From Octopus sinensis (taxonomy: Eukaryota), in NCBI RefSeq assembly GCF_006345805.1, contig NC_042997.1:37510001-37574000 (forward strand): 64,000 nt of DNA, written 5' to 3'. Position numbers and translations under genes: made by a program. A model generated the notes under the pieces. That model was given only the letters and a program-made list of their open reading frames with translations. It was not told the origin of the DNA and searched no databases. Positions 40,001 to 52,760 of the stretch are shown here, one piece after another. Position 1 is the first letter of the stretch. Every line of letters starts with the position of its first letter.

Positions 40001-41222
40001 TTTTGGGTAAAATTTTGGGTAAAATTTTCGGTGAACTTTTACGGCAAAAATTTTAGGGTAAAATTTTCGAATCATTTTTAGGTAAAATTTTCAATGAACA
40101 TTTTCGAAAAATTTTTGGGTTAAATTTTCGGTTAAAAGTTTCGAAAAAATTTTTGGGTAAAATTTTCGGTGAAAATTTTCGAAACATTTTTGGGTAAAAT
40201 TTTCGGAGAAAATTTTTGGGCAAACTTTTCGGTGAAACTTTTAGAAAAATTTTTGGTTAAAATATTCGTAGAATATTTTCGAAAAATTTTTGATAAATAT
40301 TTTCGGTCAAAATTTTCGAAACGTTTTTGGGTAAAATTTTCGATGAACATTTTCGAAAAATATTAGGGTAAAATTTTCGGTGAAAATTTTCGAAAAATTT
40401 TTGCGTTAAATTTTTGGTGAAAATTTTCGAAAAATTTTTGTATAAAATTTTCGGTGAACATTTTCCACAAAAATATTAGGGTAAAAATTTCGGAAAGTTT
40501 TCGAAACATTTTTGGGTAAAATTTTCGAAAAATTTTTGGTTAAAATTTTGGATGAAAATTTTCGAAACATTTTTAGGTAAAAGTTTCGGAGAAAATTTTT
40601 GGGCAAACTTTTCGGTGGAACTTTTAGAAAAATTTTTGGGTAAAATATTCGTAGAATATTTTAGAAAAATTTTTGGTAAATATTTTCGGTGAAAATTTTC
40701 GAAACGTTTTTGGGTAAAATTTTCGATGAACATTTTCGAAAAATTTTTGGGTAAAATTTTCGGTGAACATTTTCGAAAAATTTTTGGGTAAAATTTTCGG
40801 TGAAAATTTTCGAACATTTTTGGGTAAAATTTTCGGAAATGTTTTGGGTAAAATTTTCGGTGAAGATTTTCGAAACATTTTTGGGTAAAATTTTGGATGA
40901 AAATTTTCGAAAAATCTTTGGGTAAACTTTTCGTTGAAAATATTTGAAGAATATTTGTTGAAAATTCTCGAAAAATTTTTGGGTAAAATTTTCGATGAAC
41001 ATTTTCGAAAAAGTTTTGGGTAAAATTTTCGGTGAAACTTTTCGAAAAATTTTTGGGCAAAATTTTCGAAACATTTTCGGGGAAAATTTTGGGAAAATTT
41101 TTGGGTAAAATTTTCGGTGTACATTTTCGAAAAACTTTGGGGCAATATTTTCGGTGAAAATTTTCGAAACATTTTTGGGTATAATTTTCGGAAAATTTTT
41201 GGGTAAAATTTTCGATGAACAT
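36994..41222. repeat. ~4.2-kb A-tract satellite, ~37-bp unit of three ~12-bp subunits, with higher-order repeats
   Basis: Unit approx. gggtaaaatttt-cggtgaaaatttt-cgaaaaattttt. Near-identical ORF translations recur at offsets of 295 (37617/37912/38207) and 619 (39247/39866). Confidence 0.97.
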
Positions 41223-41430
41223 TCTCAGTATATGTATAGAGATGTATGACGTTTATACTCCATTTGGCGTCTATATCTAGCGTAGATGCGTTGTCACTTC
41301 AGCGACCTTTATTATAATTACATTTTTTGTAATTATTCTTATATATATCTCCTCTATATATAAATTTTGGATTTTGAAAATTTAGAGCATATAGGCTTGA
41401 GGCTTCCTTGCTGTAGCCTCGTCCTAGGTT

Positions 41431-41523
41431 TCTCTGCTGATGAGACACGCCAGTTGTAAGCAAATTTAATTTAATTGAATTAATTTGTTTACAAGTTTGT
41501 CGAAACTATGCATAGTCCAGAGA
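41431..41523 (+). ncRNA. Type I hammerhead ribozyme with intact catalytic core
   Basis: Stem I tctctg (41431-36)/cagaga (41518-23); CTGATGA (41437-43); stem II gac/gtc closing a long AU hairpin; GAAA (41502-05); stem III A-ctatgcatag-T (palindromic); GUC cleavage triplet at 41515-41517. Confidence 0.85.
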
Positions 41524-41649
41524 CGAAAAGGGTAAATGTTTTTGTTTCTCATCCAATTTCAGAATTACAACTATTTAGCGGTTTGAGTTTGGCTGCTCTT
41601 TCTAGTGAGTCAAATGGCCTATCAGGGCCATTCCTTATATTGTTGAATG

Positions 41650-41683
<34 letters not shown>

Positions 41684-41726
41684 ATATACATATATGTATG
41701 TATGTATATATATATATATATATATG

Positions 41727-42037
41727 TAAAAAAGGAAATGAAGAAAATGCTGACAATAATTGAAGTAATTTAAGTAATTTAATTAGGTGAAATTTCTTTT
41801 TACCGGTTGCGCATTTGTTATGCTTATCAAAATATAAAAGAGAGATTAGAGTTCCTTCTTATAGAATTTTTCCTCTTATCAGATAAGAGGAAAAATTCTA
41901 TAAGAAAGGAACTCTAATCTCTCTTTTATATTTTGATAAGCATAACAAATGCGCAACCGGTAAAAAGAACTTTCACCTAATTAAATTACTTAAATTACTT
42001 CAATTATTTGTCAGCATTTTCTTCATTTCCTTTTTTA
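41727..42037. repeat. Near-perfect ~311-bp palindrome with a 1-nt spacer at 41881
   Basis: Arms 41727-41880 and 41882-42037 are reverse complements with about 3 differences. Confidence 0.95.
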
Positions 42038-42092
42038 TATATCACTACTCGTGTTCGACATCTCCTTTTTTTAAATATATATATATATGTAT

Positions 42093-42124
<32 letters not shown>

Positions 42125-42128
42125 TATA

Positions 42129-42176
<48 letters not shown>

Positions 42177-42197
42177 ATATATATATATATATAAAGT

Positions 42198-44024
42198 TCT
42201 TGGATGGCACAACAATGCAGAGTGGACTATAATAACTGTTTCAATTTAATTATCCATAGTCTGATATAATAATAATATTCCGTAATATGAAAGTTCCTTC
42301 TTCAGATATCGCGAGGAATTGATCGAGTCACTGCTATAATCAGTTTTCCAACGGTTACTGAAGTTGTTTGTTTTTTTTCTTTCTGGAAGCGTCTCTGCAG
42401 TGGTCTCACGAAACTCCTTCCGTAATTCCTCATGACAAGTGTGTGATGCTGGCCAAGTCACGAGCTCGTGTGTGTTGGCACATCCACAGCGCCTCTTCTA
42501 AGTCATGCATTATAAGTGCAGTTTCTTTTTTTGTTTAGTATTGCGTGAACATGTTATCGAAAATGAATCTACACGCATCAAGAAGTAGCTAAATAATATA
42601 ATGATTGCCAACCTCCAGCCTGGTGTTAATATGGAGCCCTAGTTTGTCTACGAGGATAGCTTCCTTAGTTCTTATACTACCCAAATTTCTTTCATTGGCC
42701 TCACTTTTGATGGTTATGCTTTTGTCAGTGTTCCGGCATCTGTCTAGATGTTTTCTGAAGGAGGAGGCTCTCGTCCTCAGATGTTCTTTGATGCGAATGT
42801 GTAACGGTCTTGTTGTGCTAGCCACATAAAATGCTGCGTTTGTTACATTGGCATAAATCTGTGTCACTGAGGGGTCAGCGAGCTAGTGTGCATTGATTGC
42901 TGTCTCTTACTACTTATTTCTTTGCTAGCTGTTTTCTCAAAGAGGTTCTGGAGTGGGCTAGCTGTATGCCTAATACTTCTCTCCTTATGGCTCTTCGGAT
43001 ATCTGTATATATCCTCTCCCTAAAATCGGGTATTTTAAGAAAGCATGTGTTGCTGGGTTTTCTATGTGCTCGGCGTGTTTGTCGTCTTGGGTAACTTAAG
43101 CCGATTTACAATAGATATAGGGTACGGTTAGTTTACAATATCTCTAAGAAGCGTATGACACACATTATGCCAACGAGTAAATGTTGTGTATAGAAACAAT
43201 GTTACAAATGCAACAATTTCTATGTGGGTCATCTACTCGCAATACCAGAAGGCGCACACTCTCCTACCCTGATGTAATCTCCAGGGATACAGGCATCCAG
43301 CAACAGGACCTCCGTAATGCCATGATGGACCGTGAAATCTAGCGTAGCATGGTAACTACCATTGTCTCGACCACGGTCGAACAATGATGATAATGATGAT
43401 GATTCTATGTGGGTAGCACAAGACCGTTACACATTCGCATCAAAGAACATCTGCGCACGAGAGCCCCCTCCTTCAGAAAACATCTAGACTGATGCCAGAA
43501 CATCGACAAAAGCATAACAGTCACAATTGAGGCCTATGAAAGAAATTTGGGTAATCTAAGAATTAAGGAAATTATCCTCATAGACAAACTATGGTCCCAA
43601 ATTAACAACATGCTGGAGTTTGGAAATTAATATATTATTTAGCTACATCTGCATGCGTGTAGATTCATTTTTGAAAACATGCTCATGTATCATAAAAAAA
43701 CAAAAAGAAATTGCACTTATAATACATTACTTAGAAGCAGCGCTGTGGATGTGCCAACACACACGAGCTTGAGACATTGCCGTCCTCACGAAATTCTCAT
43801 GAGGAATTCCAGAAGAAAAGTTGTGAGACCACTGCAGAGAAGCTTCCAGAAAAAAAAAAACATTCAGTAACAGTTGGAAAACCGATTATAGTAGTGACTC
43901 GATCAATTCCTAGCGATATCTGAAGAAGGATTTTTTATAGTCAGAAATATTATTATATCAGACAATGGGTAATTAAATTATAACAGTTATAATAGTCCGC
44001 TCTGCATTGTTGTGCCATTCAAGA
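42198..44024. mobile_element. Head-to-head inverted pair of 5'-truncated Penelope-like elements (minus copy ~42198-43110, plus copy ~43140-44024)
   Basis: Both copies encode GIY-YIG-type FYVxSTxRPLHIRIKEHLRTRA..FRKHLD, and their 3' UTRs are mutual reverse complements out to 42198/44024. Both carry a CTGAAGA-AGG hammerhead-like core remnant. Confidence 0.88.
43230..43402 (+). mobile_element. RTE-type LINE 3' fragment with a 12-bp TSD, nested in the PLE
   Basis: GRRTLSYPDVISRDTGIQQQDLRNAMMDREI, (ATG)n tail. TSD ttctatgtgggt at 43218-43229 and 43403-43414. Confidence 0.8.
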
Positions 44025-45279
44025 CACGTTATATTTCACAAACAATACACAATGCTTCCAGTGAACTACAATACTCTCCTATATATAATGACTAGATTTT
44101 AAAATGAATTATTGCTTTTATTTTTCATATTGCTATACAATTTGTTTCATACAAAATGACTCATAAACACTAAATCGTAATAATCATATTTGTACTGTTC
44201 ACTAGCTGATATAAAAACTAAAAAATATGTTACAAGTATATAGATGTTCTTTTGGTTATCAGTTTAGGATTATTGTATTCGTTCTTACAGTCATCTATTT
44301 GAATCAAGACTTAAAACGTATATATTAAGTGGGTGCTAATATATGTAATATCAAAACCTCACATTCTCACTATAAAACCCGATATGTTTGTCTATTTAAA
44401 ACTCCTTAAATGAATTTCATTACTGGTCAAACTGTATTTGTATGTACGTTGAGAAATACCAAATAAGGAGACATATGAATTTTCAAATGCAAATTTACTT
44501 AAGATGATTTTCTTTAGAAAAATTGTGGTTAATAATAGTATTAAGGATTACTTCCAGGATTATAAAATCTATAATTTAAGTAGTTATTGTTAATAATAGG
44601 TCTAATATTCATAGACAGTTGTGGAGATCCCCAGCCAATAGAATTTAAAGTTCTGGAACTCGCGAGAGCGTTCACAAGGCATCTTGACTTTTGGTTTACG
44701 TTAATATTAAAGTCTTGAATTTTACAGTTGGAATAAACAGACTTCACACCTATCTGGAGTATCACTCTGTTTTCTTCTTTACGAATAAAGGAGAGAAGTA
44801 TATTGAACAACAGCCAACACAACTGTATGGATTATTGCTCTGTTCTTTGTAAGCAAACTAGACAAATTTAACAAACTGGCGTCGCCGATAAGACACTGTC
44901 TTCTTTTTTGTGAAGTGGACTTACGATAGGATAAGAAAAATTCGGAGTGGATATTTTACCTCAGATATAATTATTTGAAAAGAAAACAACAAGTTTTGTA
45001 CACAAGCTTAGTTTTAGACAAAGCAATCATTTATTTTTACGTTGATAACAATGGCAAAACAAAGCTGTGAGCTGATAAAGTTACTCACACGACTTCAACT
45101 TCAGAGGGAACAAATAGAGGTACAGACGCAGCCGCACCGAGAAGATCTGTAAGCTTTGATATGGCGATTCAAGTTCAAATTTCTGAAAAAGATTCCGGTC
45201 CAAGTTCCCGTATTACAATTTCTTCTATTACTATACCACCATTTGTGGTTTTTGACTATAAAGGTGCAGATTCTTGACA

Positions 45280-45790
45280 AGTAATCAGGAAAACCATTAA
45301 GATGCTGAGTCTTGTCGTATACGCGCTGCCAGTTCACGAAGAGTTTCGCCTGACATCAGTTGCATGTCACTCCAGAACTTGAAACGTTCTAGTACAATGA
45401 AATGTTTCGGGTTAAATTGTTCCTTCATAAAGCTGGCAATTTCCTCCATTGCCAGCCCGTTAATATCCTTTGGTGGCCGTTGTTAAGTAGTCAGATTCGC
45501 CAGATGCTGCTAACAGTGACTTTCCTCTCCGCTGTGGAGTTCTCCTGAATATACTAGCCAGTTTTTTCGTTGACTCCCAGAATCTCCCTCAGAATGTCAC
45601 GGTACTTCTCCACTAATTCTTTATATATTGATCAAGTGAAACATCAACCGATTCCATTGCCCGACCGGTAGAGGACTGTAGGCGCCTGGCGACATTCAGT
45701 GTGTCAGGCGACATGTCTTGTTCTTTTATTCATCCGGAATTGCAGTTGTATCAAAGAGACAGACTGCTGAAAAACGTGTCTAGCAAGTAG
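45280..45790 (-). mobile_element. Ty3/Gypsy gag relic
   Basis: LANLTT*QRPPKDINGLAMEEIASFMKEQFNPKHFIVLERFKFWSDMQLMSGETLRELAARIRQDS resembles the Gypsy capsid pattern ERxKF...GETxxELAARIRQ. Confidence 0.7.
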
Positions 45791-45929
45791 AGCTTTCACA
45801 TACTCACCGTCCAGAAACTGTTGCGCGTGTCTACGCCTCAGAAGGCACGACATGCCTAAGCGGTCACCGAGAGAGTGCTGGCAGGAAACTGACCGCCGGA
45901 CCCTTCTACAAGTAATTAAATAAGTACAA

Positions 45930-46800
45930 TATGTTCAAGCAGTAACCGGGTCAGGGCACGACGCTCAGGCGATAACAGATGTACTGTGCGCATTCATCAC
46001 CTCTTCCCAACGTCTCAATGACTGCTTTCTCTCAGTCCATTCTTCGTAAAACTCGCCACCTTGTTCGTTACGTCATCCCAGATTTTATCTTCCTGGAGGT
46101 CGGTACATCTTCCTGGAGGTCGGTATCGAACCATACCCCAAGCAGTCCAGCGTCCATCAACGCCGTTTGACGGTATCGACCTTCTTCTCAAGGTGCTCAG
46201 TCGGAAGCCTACCGGCTTGACTGCGTTCCTTTTGGCCTCTGAAATCGACTCATACCCTTTTAGAATGCTGCTGCCTGTCTCTCTAACACCATGATGGTGG
46301 TTTCGTCCGCGTTCGCCAAAACTGCCATCCCGTGTCACAGTTTGAATGGGATCCGCTTCAAGTGTGTCAGCTTCCAAAACAGTGACTCGAGACATACAAT
46401 AAAGGTGACAACAGGCATCCCTGATGAACCGAGCGTTCGATGGAAAACAGTTATGACAGGCGATCGTATAATTTGTCCACCGAGAATGTGTTACTGTGAT
46501 TTTCAGCGATCCAACCTCTAAAATGGGCCCGAAACCGGCAACTTTCAGGAGGAATTCTAATTAGTAATGGTCGACTTAATCGAATACTTAGGATTGATCT
46601 AAATGATCAGAGTCCCAGTGGATCCACCTTTAATTCCAGCCCTCTGTATATTGCATCACATAAGGTGGGGGTAGTCGTAGATAGACTCGTTCGGGAATGC
46701 GCACGGCAGTGCTTCTCTGACTAGACTACCGACGAAGCGCCAACCTTTTATTAACACATTGGCTAAAATCTTAAACTCTGAGTTTAGCAGAGTTGAGAGC
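45930..46800 (-). mobile_element. Tx1/L1-clade LINE RT fragment, degenerate
   Basis: TLLNSEFKILANVL, degraded LDQxKAFDRVDH region, RSVHQGCLLSPLLYV, NADETTIMV (YADD), LLGVWFDTDLQ, KIWDDVTNKVAS. Confidence 0.8.
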
Positions 46801-48939
46801 CGATAATAGGCGTACTTATAGATATTATGTATTGTGCGTAAACGAATGTATTAGTAATCTTGGCTGATTGACGCGCATCTTTAATAGTTAATTGCCAATC
46901 GTTATTTTTAATGACAGCAGTTAAAATGAAGAAAATAACAATATCATTAATATTTATGCCTAAAGTACCGTGTAATTAATGTTGTCCCCTGAAGAGAAAA
47001 TCCTAGTCAGCAACGATCGGAAGCTGTCGTGGGGATGGTGTACACTAAAATCTCTGGTTACAGTGTCTCTGTATTACATACTCCTAACCTATATACAATG
47101 CGTTGGAGCCTTTCGGCCTTCAGCTCTCAATTTACCAATGATGATGTTTCAACAAAAACACTAGAAACTGTGTGAATTATCACCACAAATTTTCGCGAAT
47201 AAATGGAGATCATCTATTGTCAAGACAGCATTCATGTATACGAGAGTGAAAACCCAAATGAAGCTGTGACGTCTGGCAGTCGTAACCGGTTATTATTCAA
47301 AGAAATTGCTAGGTGAAGGAATTACAAAAGCAGCAATGAATAAGGAGTATCATACTACTTTGATGGAATACTATTTGAAAGCAAGGAATGCAGGCAAGCA
47401 TATTAAAGAAAAAAATCAGCTATGTGCTGTATGAATAAAGAACGAAGCATGATCCAAAGAAGAGTTTGATTAACACCCGTTGAAGTAAATAATATACAGA
47501 AGAATGAATTTGGCAAATATGATGTAGAAAGAACGTGTAAAAACATCATCCATGCTGAATATACTGCATAGAAGTAAATACATTTGACACTGAACTAGAA
47601 AATACCTTCTATGTAGGCAATGATGATTGGATTGATAATATTAAACATTTGCTGCAAAGGTATGCAAATGATATGGGCATTGAAAAATATGTGATATCTG
47701 AAGATTTAGAAGATGGTAAAGGGAAATATTTTGATCCGATTATAGAAAAATTAAATAACAGTGAAAGCACGAATCCATTGAACTTGAGATTCATTAACAA
47801 GAAGACATGTAGCTGGAACAAAAAAGTGATGCTGTGTTAGAACATGCTATAACTATAAACATTTCTGACATCCTTAATTTAATCTTTGCTGCTATGAGAG
47901 TAGATGATTAAAGATGGGGTACAAAACACAAAAAGAAGATACAGTAAAAAGATTCGTGGTGCATATGATAAACTCTAGGTGACACAATGATACATGATGC
48001 AAAAATTTAGGAAGATCGAAAGCTAGAACAAAGGTGATTTCTAAAGTGATTCAAGTCTCACTTTGAACAATGGTGAAACATATATGATAATAGACTCTGG
48101 TTTTGGTGTGCTCAGTTACAAAAAAGGAAAACCTAGAATGGATCAAATGAATCGGGGGAGTGCAGAGAAACAAAAGCTGTTCTCTAAAACTAGAGATGAT
48201 ATCGTCTTTCAGACAAAAGTTAAATCGAAATGGTAAATCTTAAGGATTAGGTGGGATCCCTTGCTCCGAGATAAAAAGCTCTGAAATCAAGAAGCAATTG
48301 AGTGCATGAAGCCCTTTATACGAAGGCGAAATATCAGTGGTTTATGCATGCAGAGGATATTTGTAGGGAGCTGATTCTTTAGCATCTGTGACTGAAAACA
48401 GAAAACAAAGTCGGTAAAAAACTCTCTTGCAGAAAATAAACAAGAACTATGTTGTAATGAGGATAGGACTTACATTGTAGGCTCGATATGATGCACAGAG
48501 GTGCTAGAGGAATCTTGAAGTTACATGCATAGTTTCACAGACATCAAGAATATGAAAAATCATAACTCAAATAGGGAGTCGTTCCGGTCTGAAGATTTAA
48601 AATGAGAAACTGAGTCTTATTGGTAGCTACTTTACTGAAGCGTTAAGTACTACGTCTGTAAATAAGTGTATTTGCCCAATTTCAACGAATGAGTACTACC
48701 TATGTCATCAGCGATTACGAAAAAGTACTGTCTATGTCATCAGCGGCTGCGAACATTTTGAGCATATTTAATCAGAAAAGAAAATGTTACTCAAAAAGTA
48801 TACAAATAACACCTCGCAATCCAAACATATATGGGCATTAAAATCAAAGAATATCTCATTCAGCATTCTTTGGAAACTATTGTCACATGCACAACCTAAC
48901 AAAGAAACAACAAACCCTGCTAACTTTGTGTGAATGAAT

Positions 48940-50168
48940 CCTCTTGGAATACTCAAAAGAAACCGGACTTTTGCAATATTATTTTATTCACTTAGTTTTT
49001 ACATGTTTACAATTTCACCGCCTTTAAAGTCATCTCCATTTGCAGCAATGAATCGATCCTGACGCACTTTCCACTGTGGAAAGCAGTCCTGGAGCTCTTG
49101 CAAAATGATGCCTATTAATTCCTTCGGCGTTTTTTTCTTCGCCTCTTCCAAATCTGCAAAACGTTTTCCTCTAAGGCATTTTTTCAGTCGGGAGGAACAA
49201 AAAAAAGTCGCAGGGAGCGATGGGTGATCGAGGTCACGCCAGTTTTGGTCAAAAGCTGTCTCACATTCAGGACGGTGAGCGCAAGCATATTGTGGTGGAG
49301 AAACCACCACTTTCTAATTTACCACAGGATTTCGTCTCAGCGCCTCTTGCAAATGTTTCAGAACTGCCAAGTAAAATGTCTGGTTGACAGTCCGGCAAGA
49401 GAGGAACAAATTTTGTGTGGACAATTCCTTTCGCATCAATAAAATAAATTAGCATTCTCTTGACACTGGACTTTACTTGAAGCGCTCTTTGAGGGCCGTG
49501 GTGACATCGAATGCTTCCATTGACTTGATTGCTGCTTCGTTTCCAGATCAAAGTCCAACTGTTAATTCAGTTCATGGCACGCATTTAGTCATAACTTCAT
49601 TTGATCTCCTCCGTCAGCATGCAAGCTATAAATTTTCATTCGCAATTCCTCGCTCAAAATTCGTTGGCAGGAGCTCCAGGACACAGCAGTCATATCAAAA
49701 AGTTCGTCAATCGTTTGGCGACGGTCCTCAATGATCAGTTCATGAATTTTCGTGATGTTTTCATTCATTCAGGAGGTTGACGGTCATCTTGAACGAGATT
49801 GGTATTGAAGCGTCAAGTCACCATTCCTAAAGTATGAAAGCCACTCGTAAACTTGTGTTTTGCTCATGGCAGCGTACTTGTTAGCTCTTTGAAACATAAC
49901 AACTCTTTCGACAGCTGTTTTCCCGGAGAAAACAGAATTCCACGGAAGCACGCTGTTCCTTCGTTTCAGCCATCGCAAAAATCGACGAACAGGAAAGAAG
50001 AAGTAAAAAACAAAGACGCAGAACGTGGCAGTACGGTCCCACAGGACGCCGCCGGTCAGCAGACTGATGCCTGAAGGTCGCATCAAGTAGCTTTACCCGA
50101 GGAAGCCTGAACTGCAACAGGCTTGTCACACAAAAATATGTCAGGTTACATTCAAGCAACCCCTTGTA
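48940..50168 (-). mobile_element. Decayed mariner (Tc1/mariner) transposon
   Basis: MAETKEQRASVEFCF, AMSKTQVYEWLSYF, SSVKRMLIYFIDAKGIVH, KKCLRGKRFADLEEAKK, CFPQWKVRQDRFIAANGDDFKG. Length ~1.23 kb with diverged TIRs. Confidence 0.88.
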
Positions 50169-50233
50169 TATTCTTGTATTAAGGAATCAAATATTACTCC
50201 GAATTAGTGTCTTCCTGCCAGCTGAGCACCTTG

Positions 50234-50668
50234 ATGAAGATGATAGTGATGATGATGATGATGATGATGATGATGCTGATGATGATGATGATGATGATGC
50301 CGATTTCAAATTTTGGCACGAGGCTAGTGATTTCAAGGGAAAGATTAACCCGATTATACCAAACCCGGTAGTCAATGAATACTTATTTTATCGACCCCCA
50401 ACGAACGAAATACCGCTAAGCACTTTGACCGGTGTCCAAACGATTGTACCAGCTCGTTGCCTCAATAACAACAACCGTAACAAAAACAACATTGAAAATA
50501 GTAGCAACAATGTGAAGAAGAAAAAGAAGAGGAGGAGAAGAAGGAGGAGGAGGAGGAGAAGAAGAAGAAGAAAAAGAAGAAGAAGAAGAAGAAGAAGAAG
50601 AAGAAGAAGAAGAAGAAGAAGAAGAAGAAGAAGAAGAAGAAGAAGAAGAAGAAGAAGAAGAAGAAGAA
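50234..50668. repeat. (GAT)n and (GAA)n trinucleotide tracts flanking a SINE fragment
   Basis: (GAT)n ~50234-50298 and (GAA)n ~50515-50668. They cause the poly-D/R/L/F ORFs. Confidence 0.92.
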
Positions 50669-52238
50669 TTCTAACATAAGCACAATTTTCGACGAACAAT
50701 ACTTCAATACAAATTTGTCATCGGTGAGTTTTTAACTCAGACTATAAAGATTCAAAACAAGTGGTTAATACGACATTTCGCCGCAAACATTTTTGCCGTA
50801 GAGAAATGTGCCTTAATCAATTTTTCTGTAAGAAAACTTGTCGTATAGGAAAAATCACGGAATAGCAAACTTCGCTGGAAAATTATCTGGAGGCTCATGA
50901 CTTGTTTGTAAAGAGAAGAGACTTGACGAAAAAGAAAACGTGTTATTTAAATTGAGAAGATGCAACAGAAATGAAGATAAAGTATAGTAAAATTAATGCA
51001 AGATTCCAGAGACATATGATTCGATACAATCCGCAGTAAAAAGTATATTATTTGCGCAGACTTGCTTGGAATTTTCATACATTTTAAATTACCTTATGCT
51101 TCTCTTTAATGTTTGACGATAAGTGAAGACTTGTCTATTTAATGTTTTTATAAAACATTTTATTAATTTTTTTATTCTTTATTTTTAAAAAAATGCTGAT
51201 AATATGCTTTATCATTGCCCATCCTGCAAATTTCTCGTAGGATGAATTTCTCTGTCACGAAACTAAATAATGTTCAGCGATTTTTTTTCCCACGCTTTGA
51301 AGATTCTACTAGTTATACAGCTTAAGGATATTAATGAATCCTCCTTTAGTCAAAAGGCCAGTAAGGTTTCAAGGAAAGAATCTAGTTAATTCCATTGAAC
51401 TTAGCTCTTGGCCATTACGTTTCTTGTCTAAATTGGGCTGTGAGGGATGAGAATCAAATTTGATGACAAGAGAAGTTGGACTTAAACGAAAAAATAATGT
51501 CAGTACTACGACATTCTTCCACGTATAATAAAACGACAATCCTTCATGAAATCCAAATCATAAAAGTAACTGACAGAGATTCATAGCAGTAAAAGAGATA
51601 AGTTACCGAATGTCTTTTCAGAATATTAACATAACTTTTCAACGTTAGTATACTTAGACAACAAGTCTGTGTCATGCAAATTGACGATTTCACTTAAATA
51701 AAGAAGATATATTTCATGGGAATACATATTAGTTTGAATGAATTCATGAAAATTTATATTTTTGCAAAGATCACTTCAATAGAATATTATGTATAAAGAT
51801 TAATTTTAAAGAATAAATAAGTTTAGAGCAATAAAAAAAACCCATAAAATCATACTATGTTGAGTCATGTATTTATTAGACAGTTGAATTCATTTCTGTA
51901 AGATCTGAAAATATTTTGCATTAAATCGGACATGTAAAATCATTTTATAACAACTATTTCTTTCATTGAATAAGAATTTTTCCCCTAATATCATAATTAA
52001 AGATAAATGCGGATATAAATTTGCTTTCATGGAAACACTGCAATTTCAATATTATTAATACTATATAGTGCACACCCGCGCATACTTACAGACACATTCA
52101 CGTTTTTGTACAGAAATACATATATACAAACATAAGAACATTTACGTAAGAACACACAAACATAAACATAGTAAGATAAATATAGACAAAGCTATTGGTA
52201 TTTATATCTAAATATATACATTAATGTGTATATACATA

Positions 52239-52288
<50 letters not shown>

Positions 52289-52484
52289 GGAATCTCCCGT
52301 CAAACAACTATGTATAACTCTATACCTCCTGTAAGGTGCACAACTATGCACTACACCAGATGTCGAAGTTTTCATTATGAAAAGACGTCACTCGTCCCAA
52401 GAACCGATCCTACAGCCTTGTGATTATGGGAGCAGCACTCTAACCACTAGGAAAGGACTCCTCATTATGTATATGTACATACAC

Positions 52485-52524
<40 letters not shown>

Positions 52525-52599
52525 TCCTTTATTATTTATCTATTTAGGAATAGCGGCTTCTATCGAGTAAATAATAACTGTCTTTCAACAAGCACGATG

Positions 52600-52664
<65 letters not shown>

Positions 52665-52728
52665 CATATATATACATATATACACACACACACACATATA
52701 TATATGTGTGTATATATATGTATGTATG

Positions 52729-52760
<32 letters not shown>

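Noticed and set aside
36988-41222. Many K/F/N-rich ORFs, and the array as a possible CRISPR
   Set aside because: Satellite translations. There are no unique spacers and the context is eukaryotic.
46415-46450. ctgatgaaccgagcgttcgatggaaa as a hammerhead core
   Set aside because: It is the antisense of the Tx1 RT motif (RSVHQGC) and has no supporting stems.
47000-48750. Possible old retroelement
   Set aside because: Too degraded; no diagnostic motif could be read.
50164-50707. Poly-D / poly-R 171-aa ORF resembling a protamine or acidic-basic protein
   Set aside because: Made of (GAT)n and (GAA)n tracts plus a SINE fragment.
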